A stretch of DNA of 64,000 bases from the human T2T-CHM13v2.0 reference genome, Homo sapiens. The stretch lies in NCBI RefSeq assembly GCF_009914755.1, contig NC_060933.1, one strand, 5' to 3'. A program made the position numbers and the translations under genes. The number at the start of each line of letters is the position of its first letter. Position 1 is the first letter of the stretch. The notes beneath the pieces are model-generated. The model saw only the letters and a program-made list of their open reading frames with translations, made no database searches and was not told where the DNA came from. Positions 41,140 to 55,097 of the stretch are shown in pieces.

Positions 41140-41400
41140 GATATTAACATATATTTATTGAAAACTTACTGCATCTACTGTTTTAAGTCTTTTAGGTAAA
41201 TTATTTGTCACAACACCACTCTTTCAATGAATACTATTATTTCCATTGTAATCCTCAATATACAGGTGAGGAAACCAAGGCTCAGAGAAGATGTAAGAAT
41301 TTGCTCAGCTTTACGTTACACAGCTGATAACAAAGCCAGGATTCAAACCCAGGCAGTCTGGCTCAAGTGCTTATACCCTTAGACAGTGAGCTATATGGCC
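41140..41400 (-). mobile_element. MIR
   Basis: acaggtgaggaaaccaaggctcagaga…gccaggattcaaacccaggcagtctggctc. Confidence 0.8.
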
Positions 41401-41964
41401 TCTCAAGTAAAATCCCTTATTGGGTTCTAGCTCGTAATGGTGCACAGTGAAAAGTAGTTCTTATTATAGTTAATGCCTGTAAAATGCAGTCATTAAAAAC
41501 CACCTTGCAGGGCTATAGTAAAGATAAATGAGACCTGTATATCAAATTACATGACACAGACCAGCCTGTAATATATGCACCACATCTTGTGGATTCCACT
41601 GTTTATAGCACAGAGTAAAATAAAGGAGCTAAGCTGGGTGAAGTTTAGAAAACACCCAGGGCTGCATCCTGGGGTATAACAGAGCACTTGAGGCCACTGT
41701 CGGTTTCAGAGGAGGAGAAGTGAAGGCTTCTGTTGAATCCCTTCTGCTATCCTATTCTAGGGCTTCAGCAGATGGGAGCTCCAACTTCTAGCTATTCATC
41801 AAAAATATCTTCTCTGACCTGAAATTGCCACTGCAGGTAGGATTCCATGGTAGAAAATGTCTTGTGCTACCAGTAAAGGGAAAGGAAAATGATTGGATAC
41901 GTTTTAGTGCCAAGAGGAAAGAGTCTGTGGAGAGATGGTTATAGGAACAGAAAAGAAAGGGACT

Positions 41965-42205
41965 AGTTGAGTATCGCAGTTAAAACAAAGGGCTTTGGAT
42001 TTCAACACACTTAGATTCTGTCTCCAACTTAGCCACTTACAGTGTTTCATTGCATTTACACTCTCCAAGATGCTATTTATTTATCTCTAAATGGGTATAA
42101 TAATACTTTCTGCCTCATAAAACTATTAGGAAGATTAAAGGGAATATTGCATCTAAATTATTTAGTGCTGAGACCAGCACACAATGAGAACTCAAAAAAT
42201 ATTAG
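41965..42205 (+). mobile_element. MIR
   Basis: gggctttggatttcaacacac…gccacttac…aaatgggtataataatac. Confidence 0.65.
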
Positions 42206-44741
42206 CTTGTGCTATGATCCTGGAAGGTGTGGAGGTTGGAGCTGCCTGGAATCTGAATTTGCCATCAATATAGGTGAACCAGAGCATGGAAAGGGATACT
42301 AAACTCCGAAAACCCTGCCAAAGAGGTGCAAGAGAGCCCCTGTGGGTCCCAGCAACCAGAACTGCCTATCAAAGGGAAAACCCGCATCCTACCAGTTCCA
42401 ACACATGATGATTTTACAACACACTGTTTATTAGAAAACTCCTGGCATTCATGAGACCAAGATAGAAATTGACAGGCTAAGAGTTAGTCTGAGCTTAAAT
42501 TCAAGGAGTTTGTCAACTCAAGCCATGAAAAACCCTCCTGTATAAAGGTAAATTCCATTAACGCCAGTGGCTGTGCATATGTGAGGGCGGGATGGGTGCC
42601 TCTTCATGTCATTTTTACATTTTCTGGCACTGCAATTTTTCTCCTTTTAAAGCATTCTTCTTAAAGACCTATGTGAGCGTTGAAAAACTAGACAGGAAGC
42701 TTGGGGAATATGAATACGTGTAAATAACAAGTCAGACTTTTTTAAGGATGTCACTTATTCTAAAGTGTGTAAGAATTACTTCAAAGCCATTAGTGTCTAG
42801 AATTCTCTAAAGGTAGAGACACGTCTTAAAAACACACTTTTTCAATCAGACTTTAATAGTGTTAAAGGCAAATCTTTTTTCAATGAGAAAGAAACAAAAA
42901 ATATTGCTTTTGACCTGACAAACCACAACATTCGCCTGTAAGCTTTTCATAAGGATCTCAGACACAACGTCTTCAGGTGTTCAGCCATAAAGAGTTACTC
43001 TGATTAGAAATGTAAAGGAAAAAAAAAATTATTGCTGAATTGAGGTTCTATATTTGAGGGTAAGTCAAACCTTGAACAGCATTTATTGTTTGGATTTCGA
43101 TTATTACAGATTTTGACCTGTTACTTTTGTGATCTGTGAAATCAGAGGCAAAGAATGATTCATTCTTCTTTCTTTTTTTCACTCATCCTCAAATCATGCG
43201 TTGGGCATCTTTGCATTGTAGTGTTCTCTAGATGGCTCCGTGCATGACACAAAACAAGAATAAATATTAAAGTGCCAGTGTTAAAGATTTTAAGTGAATC
43301 TTGAAAATCTGCTAGCCTTTAAGAGCAAACTTCTCTTCACCAAAGGATGACTTAAAATAAGAAAGGTAATAATGGTACGTCCCAGCTGTGTTTCATTCTG
43401 GCTGTTTTCACAAACTTCCCTCTTCTCTTGGTGCTTCCTTTACCAAGTATTTCAGAGAAAGCCGGTATCTGTTCTGAACTAACACCTCACCCTGCAAAGA
43501 CTTAAAGGTAACTGTTTTCATTCTTTGCCCTTTGCATGCCCTCTGAAAAATTACAGCCTGATGTCAATTGCTTTGCATAGTGGATGGGAAAAATAGGTTC
43601 GAAAGGAGGAGAATCTTTGCTGGATTTAGATTTTTGCTGATTCTGGGAACTGGTCTAATTTCAAATTGCAAACAGTTGCCTGAAATGAAGTAAGTGTCCT
43701 CTTCTCTCTGTCTCTTTCTCTCTAATGTGAGGGCAATGTGAAGAAATAACTTTATCAGAAAAGTCTTCCCTGACATTTTTTTGTTTGAAACACAGGAGAG
43801 GTTTTGTTTCATGCCACCAAGAATGGGGAAGGAGAAAGCCAGACAGAAGACAGGAAATAAGAGAGAAAAGGAGAGAAAGAAAAACACTGTAGAAACACGA
43901 TGTGTTGTTCCCAACCTCTGCCCCAATGACATATTTGCTCATTCATTTGAACATGTACCTGGAATTAATTTTAGTTCCAGCAGACAAAGGAGAATAATAC
44001 CTGGATGATTTCAGGCATTTATTTCACCTTGACCGTAGTTTGAATGAGTAGAAAATAACTTTCAGACCAGGCAACTTGGTTGGAAATGACAATTTTGTGA
44101 TGCCTCTCTCAACCCTTTCCACCACTTTGTGAGAAACACTACTGTTGTCAGCAAGTGACCAGTTTGTGTGGTGAGATGATAATTAAATAATATTTCTATT
44201 TCTCTGTTGGTATATTGAAGTATTTGAGAATGTGTGACATGTGATATGTTCATGGAAATTCAGACAAATTACAATTACTTCAATACAAGTTTGATAAAGC
44301 CATCTGAAAAACAAATCTGAAGATTAAATGAATTCATCTATGGGAAATACTAGAACAGAATGTGGAACAGAGTAAGTGTTCCATAGGATTAGGTGTCATT
44401 ATTGTTATCGAGGCTTTCTCTTCTTGTCAGAAACACTATTTTGCTTTGAAACCGCATGTGTAAAGGTATTAGAAAAAACTGGAAAAACAAGTTGACTTTA
44501 AAAGGAATCTGAATGATCAAATTGTCCCAGGAGACAAAAGTAAGTTTTGTCTTCCACACACTGGAGATCTATGTCTGCCTGTGTTCTAAAGTCGTTTCTG
44601 ATCCATATTCAGTGAAATGGATATTAACCTTGAGATGTGGTGAAAAAGATACAGGCACTGGTGTCCGACTCACATTCAAACCCTGCCGTATTCTTTGGGA
44701 TTGGGGCAGATTCTTTATGTGTAATCCTCAGTAGCATCCTC

Positions 44742-47619
44742 TTGTTTTATATAATTTCAATATTTATTTTAGATTCAGAGGGTACATGTGCAGGTTTGTA
44801 ACCTGGGTATATTGTGTGATGCTGCGGTTTGAGGTACAAATAATCCCACGGGAATAGGTAGTGAGCATAATGCCCAATAGGTAGTGTTTCAGCCCTTGCC
44901 CTCCCCTCTAGTAGTTCCCAGTATCTATTGTTTCCATCTTTATGCTCATGCTTTATGCCAATGCTTAGCTCCCACCCGTAAGTGAGAACATGTGGTATTT
45001 GGTTTTCTGTTTCTGCATTAATTCACTCAGGATAATGGCCTCCAGCTGCATCCGTGTTGCTGCAAAGGACATGATTTTGTTCATTTTTATGGCTGTGTAG
45101 CAGTCCATGTTGTATATGGACTGTATATGTATATTATAAAGAAAATGTGTTTTCTTTATTCAGTTCACTGTTGATGGGTATTTAGGTTGATTCCATGTAT
45201 TTGCTATTGTGAATAGCGCCGCAGTGAACATATGAATGCGTGTGTTTTTTGTTTTTTGTTTTTTGTTTTTTGGTAGAATGATTTATTTTCCTCTGGATAC
45301 ATACACAGGATTGGGATTGCTGGGTAGAATGGTAGTTCCATTTTAAGTTCTTTGAGAAATCTCCGAACTGCTTTGCACAGTGGCTAAACTAATTTATATT
45401 CCTACCAACAGTATATAAGTGTCTGTTCTCTTTTCTCCACAGCCTAACTAGCATCTGATGGTTTTTGACTTTTTAATAATAGCGATTCCAACTGGTGTGA
45501 AATGGTATCTCACTGATTTTGATTTGCATTTCTTTGATGATTAATGATGCATTTCTCTGATAATTAATGATGTTAAGCATTTTATAATGTTAGTTGGCTG
45601 CTTTTATGTCTGTCTTTTGAGAAGTATTTGTTCATCTCTTTTGCACACTTTTTAATGGGGTAATTTGTTTTTTGGCTATGAATTGTTGATAAGCTCCTTA
45701 TAGATTCTGGATGTTAGACCTTTGTTGAATACATAGCATGCAAATATTTTCTCCCATTCTGTAGGTTGTCTGTTTATTCTGCTGATGGTTTCTTCTTTTG
45801 CTGTGCAGAAGCTCTTTAGTTTAATTAGGTCCCACTTGTCAATTTTTGTTTTTGTTGTAATTGCTTTTGAGGACTTAGTCATAAAGTTCTTCCGAAGAAT
45901 TCTGATGTCCAGAATGGTATTTCATAGATTTTTTTCTCGGATTCTTATAGTTTGAGGTCTTACATTTAAATCTTTAATCTATCTTGAGGTAATTTTTCTA
46001 GATGGTGAAAGGTAGGGGTCCAGTTTTATTCTTCTGCATATGGTTAGGCAGCTATTTCAGCACCATTTATTGAATAGGGAGTCCTTTCTCCATGGCTTAT
46101 TTTTGTTGCTTTGTCAAGATCAGATGACTGTAGGCGTGTGGCTTTATTTCTGGGTTCCCTGTTCTGTTTCATTGTTCTGTGTGTCTGTTTTTGTACCAGT
46201 ACCATGTGTTTTGGTTACTGTGACCTTATAACTTAATTTGAAGCTGGTTAATGTGATACCTTTAGCTTTGCTCTTTTTGCTTAGGATTGCTTTGGCTATT
46301 TTGGCTCTTTTTTGGTTCCACATGAATTTTAGAATAGTTTTTTTTTCTAATTCTGTGAAAAACGATGTTGGTAGTTTAATAGGAATAACGTTGAATCTGT
46401 AGATTGTTTTGGACAGTGTGGCCAATCCGTAAGTATGGAATGATTTTTCCATTTGTTTGCACCATCTATGATTTATTTCGGCAGTATTTTGTAGTTTTCC
46501 TTGTAGAGTTCTTTTACCTCTTTGGTTAGATGTATTTCGATGTATTTTATTTTTTTGTAGCTATTGTAAATGGGATTGCATTCTTGATTTGGCTTTCAGC
46601 TTTAAATTTAATGGTGTATAGAAATGCTACTAATTTTTTTTTACATTGAGTTTGTATCCAGAAACTTTACTGAAGTCATTTATCAGTTCTAGGAGCCTTA
46701 TGGCAGGCAGAGTCTTTAGAATTTTCTAGGTATAGAATCACATCATCAGTGAAGAAACATAATTTGACTCATCTTTTTTGTATTTTATTTGGATGCCTTT
46801 TATTTCTTTCTCTTGACTGATTGCTTTGGCTAGGACTTCTACTACTATGTTGAATAGGAGTGGTGAGAGTAGGCATGCTGTGTTCCTGTTTTCAAAAGGA
46901 ATGCTTCCAGCTTTTGCCCATTCAGTATGATGTTGGCTCTGGGTTTGTCATAGGTGATTCTTATTATTCTGAGATATGTTCCTTCAATGCCTGGTTTCTT
47001 GAAGGTTTTTATCATTAAGGGGTGTTTGATTTTATTTAAAGCCTTTTCTGCATCTGTTGAGATAATCATGTGGTTTTTGTTTATGTGGTGAATCACTTTT
47101 ATTGATTTGTGTATGTTGAACCAACCTTGCATCCCAGGAATGAAACCTACTTGATCCTGGTGAATTAACTTTTTGATGTACTGCTACTTTGCTAATATTT
47201 TGTTGAGGAATTTTTTGTCTATGTTCGTCAGAGATACTGGCCTGTTGTTTTCTTTTTTTGTTGTGGCTTTGCCAGGTTCTGGTATAAGGGTGATGCTGAC
47301 TTTGTAGAATGAGTGAGGGAGAGTCCCTCTTCCTTGCTTTTTGGAATAGTTTCAGTAAAATTGATATCGGCTCTTCCTTGTATGTCTGGTAGAATTTGGC
47401 TGTGAGTCCTTCTGGTCTGGGGCTTTTTTTGGTTGGTAAGTTTTTTATCACTGATTCAATTTCAAAATGTGATATTGGTCTGTTCCATGTTTCAATTTCT
47501 TCCTCATTCAATCTTGGGAGGTTGTGTGTTTCCAGGAATTTATCCATTTTCTCTAGATTTTCTAGGTGTGAGCATAGAGGTGTTCATAATAGTCTCTGAG
47601 GATCTTTAGTATTTCTGTG
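44742..47619 (-). mobile_element. L1PA16-like, 5'-truncated (~2.9 kb; disrupted ORF2 + 3' UTR)
   Basis: ORF2 fragments [43 protein letters not shown]; TSD taatcctcagtagcatcctc / taagcctcagtggcatcatc. Confidence 0.93.
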
Positions 47620-48210
47620 TAAGCCTCAGTGGCATCATCATCATCCCATTATTCCCAATAATGGGAATAATTGTCCTGTGGTTGGAGGAAAGATAACATG
47701 AAAACTAGTTACAGTTTAAAATGGATTCATTTAAATCAGTTGTGACATAAGCATATTGTTTGTCTTTTGAAGGACAAGAAAAAAATTACTAAATCATCTA
47801 GAAATATAGCCATTAAGGCCTTGACTTCTAGTCTTGGCTCTCTCTAGAATTCTTAAGGAATACATTGATCTGTTTGTTTACATTTCTATAGGAAATAAGG
47901 TGCTTTCTTTCAGTAGCTTTCTTCCCTTTCCTCCTACGTGGAAAGCCTTAGGAACTTAAAGGCACACCACGTAAGATTCCTGCCCTGTGGAATGCTAGGG
48001 AATCAGGTCACATCCTGACACAAGAGGAACTCTATTCAAGACATGTGCAAAGAGACATTGGAACATGAAGGAGGGAGCCACTGAAGCTGCCTGCAACAGT
48101 GAGAAAGCTTCAGGGAGGAGAGTTCGTAGAAATCTTCCTTTCATTCAGGAATGAAGGTGTCTTCAGGGGAAGAACATTTTTGGCTAACAAGGGATAATGA
48201 GTAGCATTAT

Positions 48211-48383
48211 GCTGAGGACTGTATGTACCTGTTCACTAGCAGTATTGGTAAACAAAAATATTTGCTTAGATAAAAGACTGTATATCATAATTAGTATATA
48301 AAGCTGAGGACTGTATGTACATATTTACTAGCAGTATTGGTAAACAAAAATATTTGCTTAGATAAAACGCTATATCATAATTA
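48211..48383 (+). repeat. Tandem duplication, 92-bp period, 2 copies
   Basis: gctgaggactgtatgtac…actagcagtattggtaaacaaaaatatttgcttagataaaa starts at 48211 and 48303. Confidence 0.93.
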
Positions 48384-48449
48384 AATAGTATTAGTATTAT
48401 TCAAAAGCAAAATTAAAATGTTTAGAAATTTCATTTCCAATATGAATGG

Positions 48450-48665
48450 CAATATTTATTGTTTACTAAACACACTGTCCTGCATACTGTGTATGTTTTA
48501 ACTCAGGATGCTATTATACCCATTTGACAGGAGAAAACTGAAGCAAAGAGATGTTAAGATGCTTGCCAAAGATTACACGTCTAGGAAGTGGAAAAGCAAA
48601 GATTTGATCCAAGACAGTCTGGCTCTGGAATCTAGGCTCGTATCCATTACACTCTACTTCCTCTA
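48450..48665 (-). mobile_element. MIR
   Basis: cccatttgacaggagaaaactgaagcaaagagatgttaag…cagtctggctctg. Confidence 0.75.
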
Positions 48666-51329
48666 CAGCAACAATCTGGAGGTTGAAATATCAAGGCGTT
48701 ATTTCCAACGCTTTAAAATATTATTTACACTACAAACTAGTCTAGGTGATTTTCTAAAAACAGGCCTTCTCAGCTTTGCAGTCCTTGCCAAAGCATGTAA
48801 AATGTGAGTTTGGGAGATTTACCAAGAATTTGAAAATCACTTTCAAATTCCTTTGTAGAATTCCATGGGAATGGGAGAAGAGACTCCAGGTTCATTATTA
48901 AAAGCATTTGGCATTTCACCCACCTATAGTAAGGAGGACACTGAGCTAATTTCTTTCATGCTGACTTAAGTTAGCCATTTAGTCAATCAATCAATAGTTC
49001 CCTGTTGCAAGAGGCAATATGGTTGGATTTATGTTAAAAATTAACAGTAATGAAAATCAGAGGGAAGTTGGGTCCAAATGTTTTCCTCCTTTAAGAGTGA
49101 CATCATTTTCCCCAGTGATAGCTTTTAAGCTCTCTTCCCCATTTATAGCTAAAGAATTTGGTTTGGTTGCTGTGACATTCAGGTTGTCATATTAAAAATA
49201 TTATTATTATTTCATGACTTTCTAACTCTCGCTTTATGCTTGCTCAAACCCAGGGTGATGAACTCACTGCTCTGAGCAGCCTTGTTGTGGCCAGCTGCCA
49301 TCCCTTTGAGGGTGTCTGGGCTCCTCCACCCGGAAACACCAGCATCTGGGAATTATATAGGGATCTCTTCTCTTCCATTTTTTTTTCCTCGTTTTCCTAT
49401 TTACCTTTCTTTCTCTCCTTCTCTCCTTCTCTCCTTCCTTTCACACACTCCCTGCCAAATGCTCAGCTCTGCCTTTGGTTTTAAGAATGACCTTGATTAC
49501 AAATGCCTGCTCAGGCAGGCCCAGCCTCCCAGACAGAAAACCTGCCGTGGCCTTGGCGGCATCTTCAGTGGTACCTCGAGCAGTGCCGGAGAAGCTAGGA
49601 ATCTGCTTCAGCTCTTGTTTCTTGATTAGGCCCCGGAGCCAAGGCTTCCAAGAGGAGCCTCACTTGTCAGCTGTCAGTCAGGAGGCAGCCTGTTCCTCCC
49701 AGGCACTGCCCCTGCCACAGGGGGGTGACCAGACTGTAAAAATGAAATAGACTTCAGTAGGATGCCTGAAATTCATTTTCTCCCTCGGATGCTTTCATCT
49801 CACTCATTTCACTGTGTTTACAGGCCCACAGGTTTCCTGAGGGCAGCCGTGATTTAGATTTACAGTTCCCGAGGCAGTCTGATTCTGAGGAAAAGTTATA
49901 ACACCTGTAATGTATTACTGTCTCCTAGAGGAGCAAAGAATGTCAGGGGCTGTGGAGGTTGGCTACCCCAGTAACTGCAGACTCTCTGTACTGCGGCACT
50001 GAAAAAATTGCAGCCTTCGCTGGACCAGCCTCGGCCTCTCTCACTGCCTACCTGCTCATAGGCACACAACTCACTCAAGTTCTTAGAGATCTGGGGTCTG
50101 TGTGTCAGGGCTGCATGGCCATTTCAATGTGTAGCTCTACAAGGCTCTGTGTAACAGAAGTCCAGCAGCCAAGTCCCTAAGAGTGGACAGGACAGAGAGA
50201 ATTCAGATATAAGGCACGAAAACTAGACTGGATTTTGGGGGGAGTAGAAACACAAGACAATCTGGCTGAGATGAGAAAAGGGACTGCAGTTAGCAAACAT
50301 AGAGGCTCCATGTTAATGCTTGCCTGTCTCGTTGATCTGTTTCACTTAAAATTGGTGCATCTTTGCCAGGACAAGGTAAAATCGTCATTCAGCTGAGCCT
50401 TCCCCAAGGAGTGTTGTCAAAGGGGTGCCTGCAGGGCCCTACACCAAGTGAGAGGAAGGCGAGCCTCTGCCCTGCAAGGTGCCACTTCTGGTCATTGTCC
50501 AGTAGAAATTCAGCTTCCTTGAGAGTCTGGCTGCTACTGCTGAGCTCAGTACCCGCTTAGGAACAAAACCACAACAAAATCACTTTCTGAAATAGAAGGA
50601 GCTGATGAACACTTGAAAAGTTGAACCGGGTTTATTCTATAGCTTGCCTCCAGCACAGGGTCTTGAACATGGAGTTCCAAAGGCTTCATTGTCCTTCCTC
50701 ACGGTGCCCTGTCCTTGTTCTCAAAGATCCAGTCTGAATTCAATTCACTATTCCAGCTATGTCTGTATTGCTCTCACTTCCCTAAGGGTGGACAAGATCC
50801 TGAGACACTAATTTGCTTCTGTATTGCCCTTTCCCCACCTCCACCCCCTTCTTGTTTTGCTCTGCTGTCTAACCTGCCAGAGGGTCTGTTGGCTCTCACT
50901 GTGGGCTGCTCAGGTCAGTTAGCATGTGGATGATGAAATAACTGGACAGAAACCCACATTTACCTACAGAGTTAAATGTGGCTTATTAATAACAAAAATT
51001 TCTATAGCATCAGGAGACTGTGTCCTCCAAAACCCAATGATAATCTCACATTTTGAAAGGACATGATAGGTTCTAGCATCAGTATTTATCTTCCCCTTTT
51101 GCCTGATGGCAATGTTTAGGGAGAGCCCATGGTTGTATGTTCAGTAAATAATTCTTTAATTGGTGCTAAACTTTCTTTTAGACGTGATCCGGGATACTGA
51201 AGGAAAAATGTCAGTGACCCTTTAAATTTTAACATTTCAGTCAGGGGCAGTTATTAATTTTTAAAAAGTGGAGCCCTTTGAAGGACTTGCCAAGTGCTTG
51301 GGGATCTTAAAGTGAAATTTTACCATAAG

Positions 51330-51705
51330 GAGGACCAAAGACTAAATGTCAAGGTGAGCAACAGAAAGAGTCCAGCATCTGGCCAACTTCCAAGTCTGGA
51401 AGGTCCTGAGGTCCCACATGGTTCTGTAGATGCTTTGCTTTCTCCTTTTACTGGATGGATGCAGGGGAGAACCAGGCTCTAAAGGATGTAGAGTCACAGG
51501 ATATAAGGAGCCTGGTCCCTGAATGACAGCATGGAGCAGAGACCTCACTGTTCCCCTTTCCCCTCACCTACCCTTAATACACACCCACCTCCATCCCATG
51601 TTGGACTCTGATGTGGGTGATAAATAAACTTTTATCGTGTCAAACCACGGAGGTTTTTGAGTTTATATGTGTTAGCAGTTAGTGCTACTTATCCTAATGA
51701 ATACA
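51330..51705 (+). mobile_element. Old MLT1 (I/J-like) LTR
   Basis: aaggagcctggtccctgaatgacagcatggagcaga…aataaacttttatcgtgt…taatgaataca. Confidence 0.65.
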
Positions 51706-53384
51706 TGTCTCTTTTTGGACTCTGGATTCTGGGCCATGAAAATTACATAAAATATTCTTAGTTTCAGTAATTTGTTTGTACACGGTGACCTTTGAAGTTA
51801 TTGTTTTTAATGTGGTATCACAAAAAACTCATTTTCTTTAAATATAAAATTTTAAAATTTATTCTACTCTTAAGCTGTATTAGGTTATGAAAATAAAATA
51901 TCTCCACTTTACTCAGATAAGTGGAGACATATGTATTCATTCACTTAAAAAAAATGTATTGCCTTCCTAAACTGTGGCTAGCACTGTTCTAGATGCTGAG
52001 AACAAGGACAGGGCACTGTGAGGAAGGATAATGAAGCCTTTGGATCTCCATGTTCAAAAGCCTGTGCTGGAGGCAAGCTGTCAGAAGTGTCAGAGGTGAT
52101 GGTGACTATGATGAAGTAGGCCCCTACTTTCATGGTGTTTGCACTCTAAGAGGGAAAGACAATAACTTGAAAGGTAAAAAAAATACATAATTTATAAAGT
52201 GATAAGCATTGTAAATAAAGTAAAGTGCTTGATAAATAATAAAGCAATAAGATAAAGAGTTCTGGAAGAGTTGCAGAGCAACATTCTGTCACCCCTCCTT
52301 TAACAGGCTGAAAGTGTAATTGATCTGTAGATCTTTCCATATAAATTGTAATTTCAAGGTCTTCTTTCTATGAAATCGTCTTAAGATCTAGACCCTCTTT
52401 CTTGGCGTGAGCCTAGGACATTTGTTTCTTCTGGAGTGGGCCCAGGAGATAGGCCAGTTCTCAGGTCATACCCAGTCAACCGGGCATGGCAACCCTGAGG
52501 AAGCTAAGCTTGCTTCTAGAGAACACAACAGCTTCTTATGAACTTTCAGACCAAGCTCTGGAGAGATGGGGAAGCACAAGGCTGGGTGTGTCAAGGCCCA
52601 GTAAAAATAAAAAAAGCTATTTTGTGTTGGACCAGATATTTAAAATACTTCAAGAGATGGGAATTCCATTATGTACATTGTAAAATTTTCTCAATTTTCA
52701 AATTTTAAGAAAATGGAGTAAATGACCAAAGTATAAAGTTAATTCAAATATTTTATTTCTCATGTATCTAATCAAAAGAACAACCTTCAAAAGATGACAC
52801 TCAGTTAAACTTAACATACAATTAAATAGAATACCTCATTATTAGGGTAATTACTTAATATTTTACTCTAGCCAAATTCAGAAAAGAAACTTTAATGAAA
52901 AATTTTACTGGTTTAGCATTGATCATCATACAGGAATGATATAGGTCAAAAATTTAAAAAATAAAATAATTTTTCTTTTAATTAAAAACAGTTTTGGAAC
53001 TTTATATCTCAATAAGCTTCAACATACCTTTCCCATCCACCCTACCCCCTATATTTTATTGCTAGTGATCCCTTTATTTTCTCCACCAATGCTGTTTTAT
53101 TTTTGTTCTGGTTGAAGAGGTTCACCTTGCCAAAGAAGACAGGCAGGCTTATCAGTTTGGATAAATACTCCCAGAAGGATATGCCAATTTGCAAACACTA
53201 ACATAAACTAAGTGTTCAGCAGAAGAAAGTGAGATTAAATTAGGTGTATTTTGCTTCCATTCAATTCAGTTTAGAACATTAATAATATTAAGAGCATTTC
53301 CTATTTGCTGATATGTCATAAATAAATAAGATAGTTTAAAGATATTACAACATTCTTAAGGCAAAATTGCAGGTATGAATAATA

Positions 53385-53590
53385 AGAGCTTCCATTTATA
53401 GTAGGGTTTATATGGGCCAAACTTTGTGCTAAGCACTTTGTGTGAATTATTTTCTTTAAGGATAAAGAAATTGAGGCCTGAGAGGTCATGTAAGTTGCTT
53501 AAGTTTACATAGCTGGAAAGTGGCAGACCCAGGACGTCAATAACCTAAGACAGCCTGGCTCCAAAGTCCATGCTCTTAAATACCATATTT
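53385..53590 (-). mobile_element. MIR
   Basis: gtgctaagcactttg…gaaattgaggcctgagaggtcatgtaagttgc. Confidence 0.75.
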
Positions 53591-54604
53591 CCCATAATGA
53601 AAGATCAACAAATGTCAAGTCATTCTTATGATGAATGGTGTATTCTGAATACGTATACTGGAAAAACTCCATATTTTTGGACCAAAAAAATCCACTTTAC
53701 TTTTCATAACAAGGGCTGTTGAAATGCAGGTGTATTATGGCCATTCTACACAGGACTTTTGACAAACAGATCGTCTTCGTTCTGAATCCTCAGTGTTGAT
53801 TTTCCTTCCCCATGGACATGTGGCTTGGGATTTATGTGATTTTTCTTTACCATGTTCTATCATGGCCAGATCTCACCTTAGCTGACCCTGTTCTCCAAAT
53901 TATACAGAGGTCTGCATCTTATGATGACAGCAAACTCAGGGAGAAAGGGACATTTAGAGAGAGACGCTGGATAACTTCCCTAAAGATACAGGTTTCATTT
54001 TTATTCTCCCACAAGATGTTACTGCCATGATAGCACTCTGGGATGGCTTGGGACAGCTACAACAGAATTTCTTGCTATTCCTATATTAAGCATGTGTTCT
54101 CAGAAACAGCTGGTGTGTTACAAATGCAACTGAGTGCCTTAAGAAGTGGGATGATTGGAATCCCACTCCTAAGCACACAGGCTGTTGATGTTTGAGATTT
54201 GGTAAATCAGATAGCAGGAAGGGGTATGATGGGACCTGACAGGGTGGAGTGTAAGAGTAGGAGCCAAGCTCCATGCCTCCGCAGACTTTGTGAACCTGTG
54301 TCTTTCACCTAACATGGACTGTGGAGGACTGTTGTGGGAAGTAGTTAGTTTATATTTGTCAATCAGTTCTCAGATCTTTGCAGTAAGATGTTGGCTGAGA
54401 AGAATGCTTTGTGACAATCTTCGTGGACAAACATGGATGGCATATGGATAGCTGTGAGCAGTCATTCTTCATTTCTTCTGAGATAAAATGGTCAAATTAG
54501 TGTGGGAGGACTTTTTGTTCACTTAGATATTAGGAAAATACCCTAACCTTAAGGCACATATTGGCAGTAGATGCTGCATCATCTTTGTTTAAAATAATCA
54601 CAAC

Positions 54605-54790
54605 TAACAATTATAGAATGGTACATAATTTCAATTTGATTTTATATGCATTGTCCAGTTCATCTTTCAGCAAACAGTTAAGTGGGTAGAACAAGTATTA
54701 CTGTTACTGTCCTCATTTTAAAGACCAAAAAAACTGAGAATCAAAGAGGTTAAGTGACATGCCCAGTTCATTTGCATAAGAAGTGGTGTT
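54605..54790 (-). mobile_element. MIR
   Basis: cctcattttaaag…aaactgagaatcaaagaggttaagtgacatgccca. Confidence 0.7.
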
Positions 54791-55095
54791 ATGTTCATTA
54801 CTCTCCACCCTTCTTCCTTTTGACTCCCTACTTTTGGGGTCCAGGAAAGTGTGTCCCTGGTTCTTCATTTACCATTTGATTATTCTTCCTCAGTATAATT
54901 TTTTGGATTTTTTTTCTGTCTTCTCTGAAGTATTGGCATTCAAGTTTTTCATTTTCTCTTTCCCTTCTCTCCCTTTTTTGATAAACAGTCCTTGGAAAAG
55001 CTCATCCATCCTCTTTAAAAAACAAAGATTGGTTTCCTCAACATTCATTTCAACCTCTTCCTATTGCATCTTTCCATACGATAGAAGTTGCGAAA

Positions 55096-55097
<2 letters not shown>

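Noticed and set aside
51901-51927. 9-bp inverted repeat as a miRNA or terminator hairpin
   Set aside because: Too short for a pre-miRNA and expected by chance in 64 kb of AT-rich DNA.
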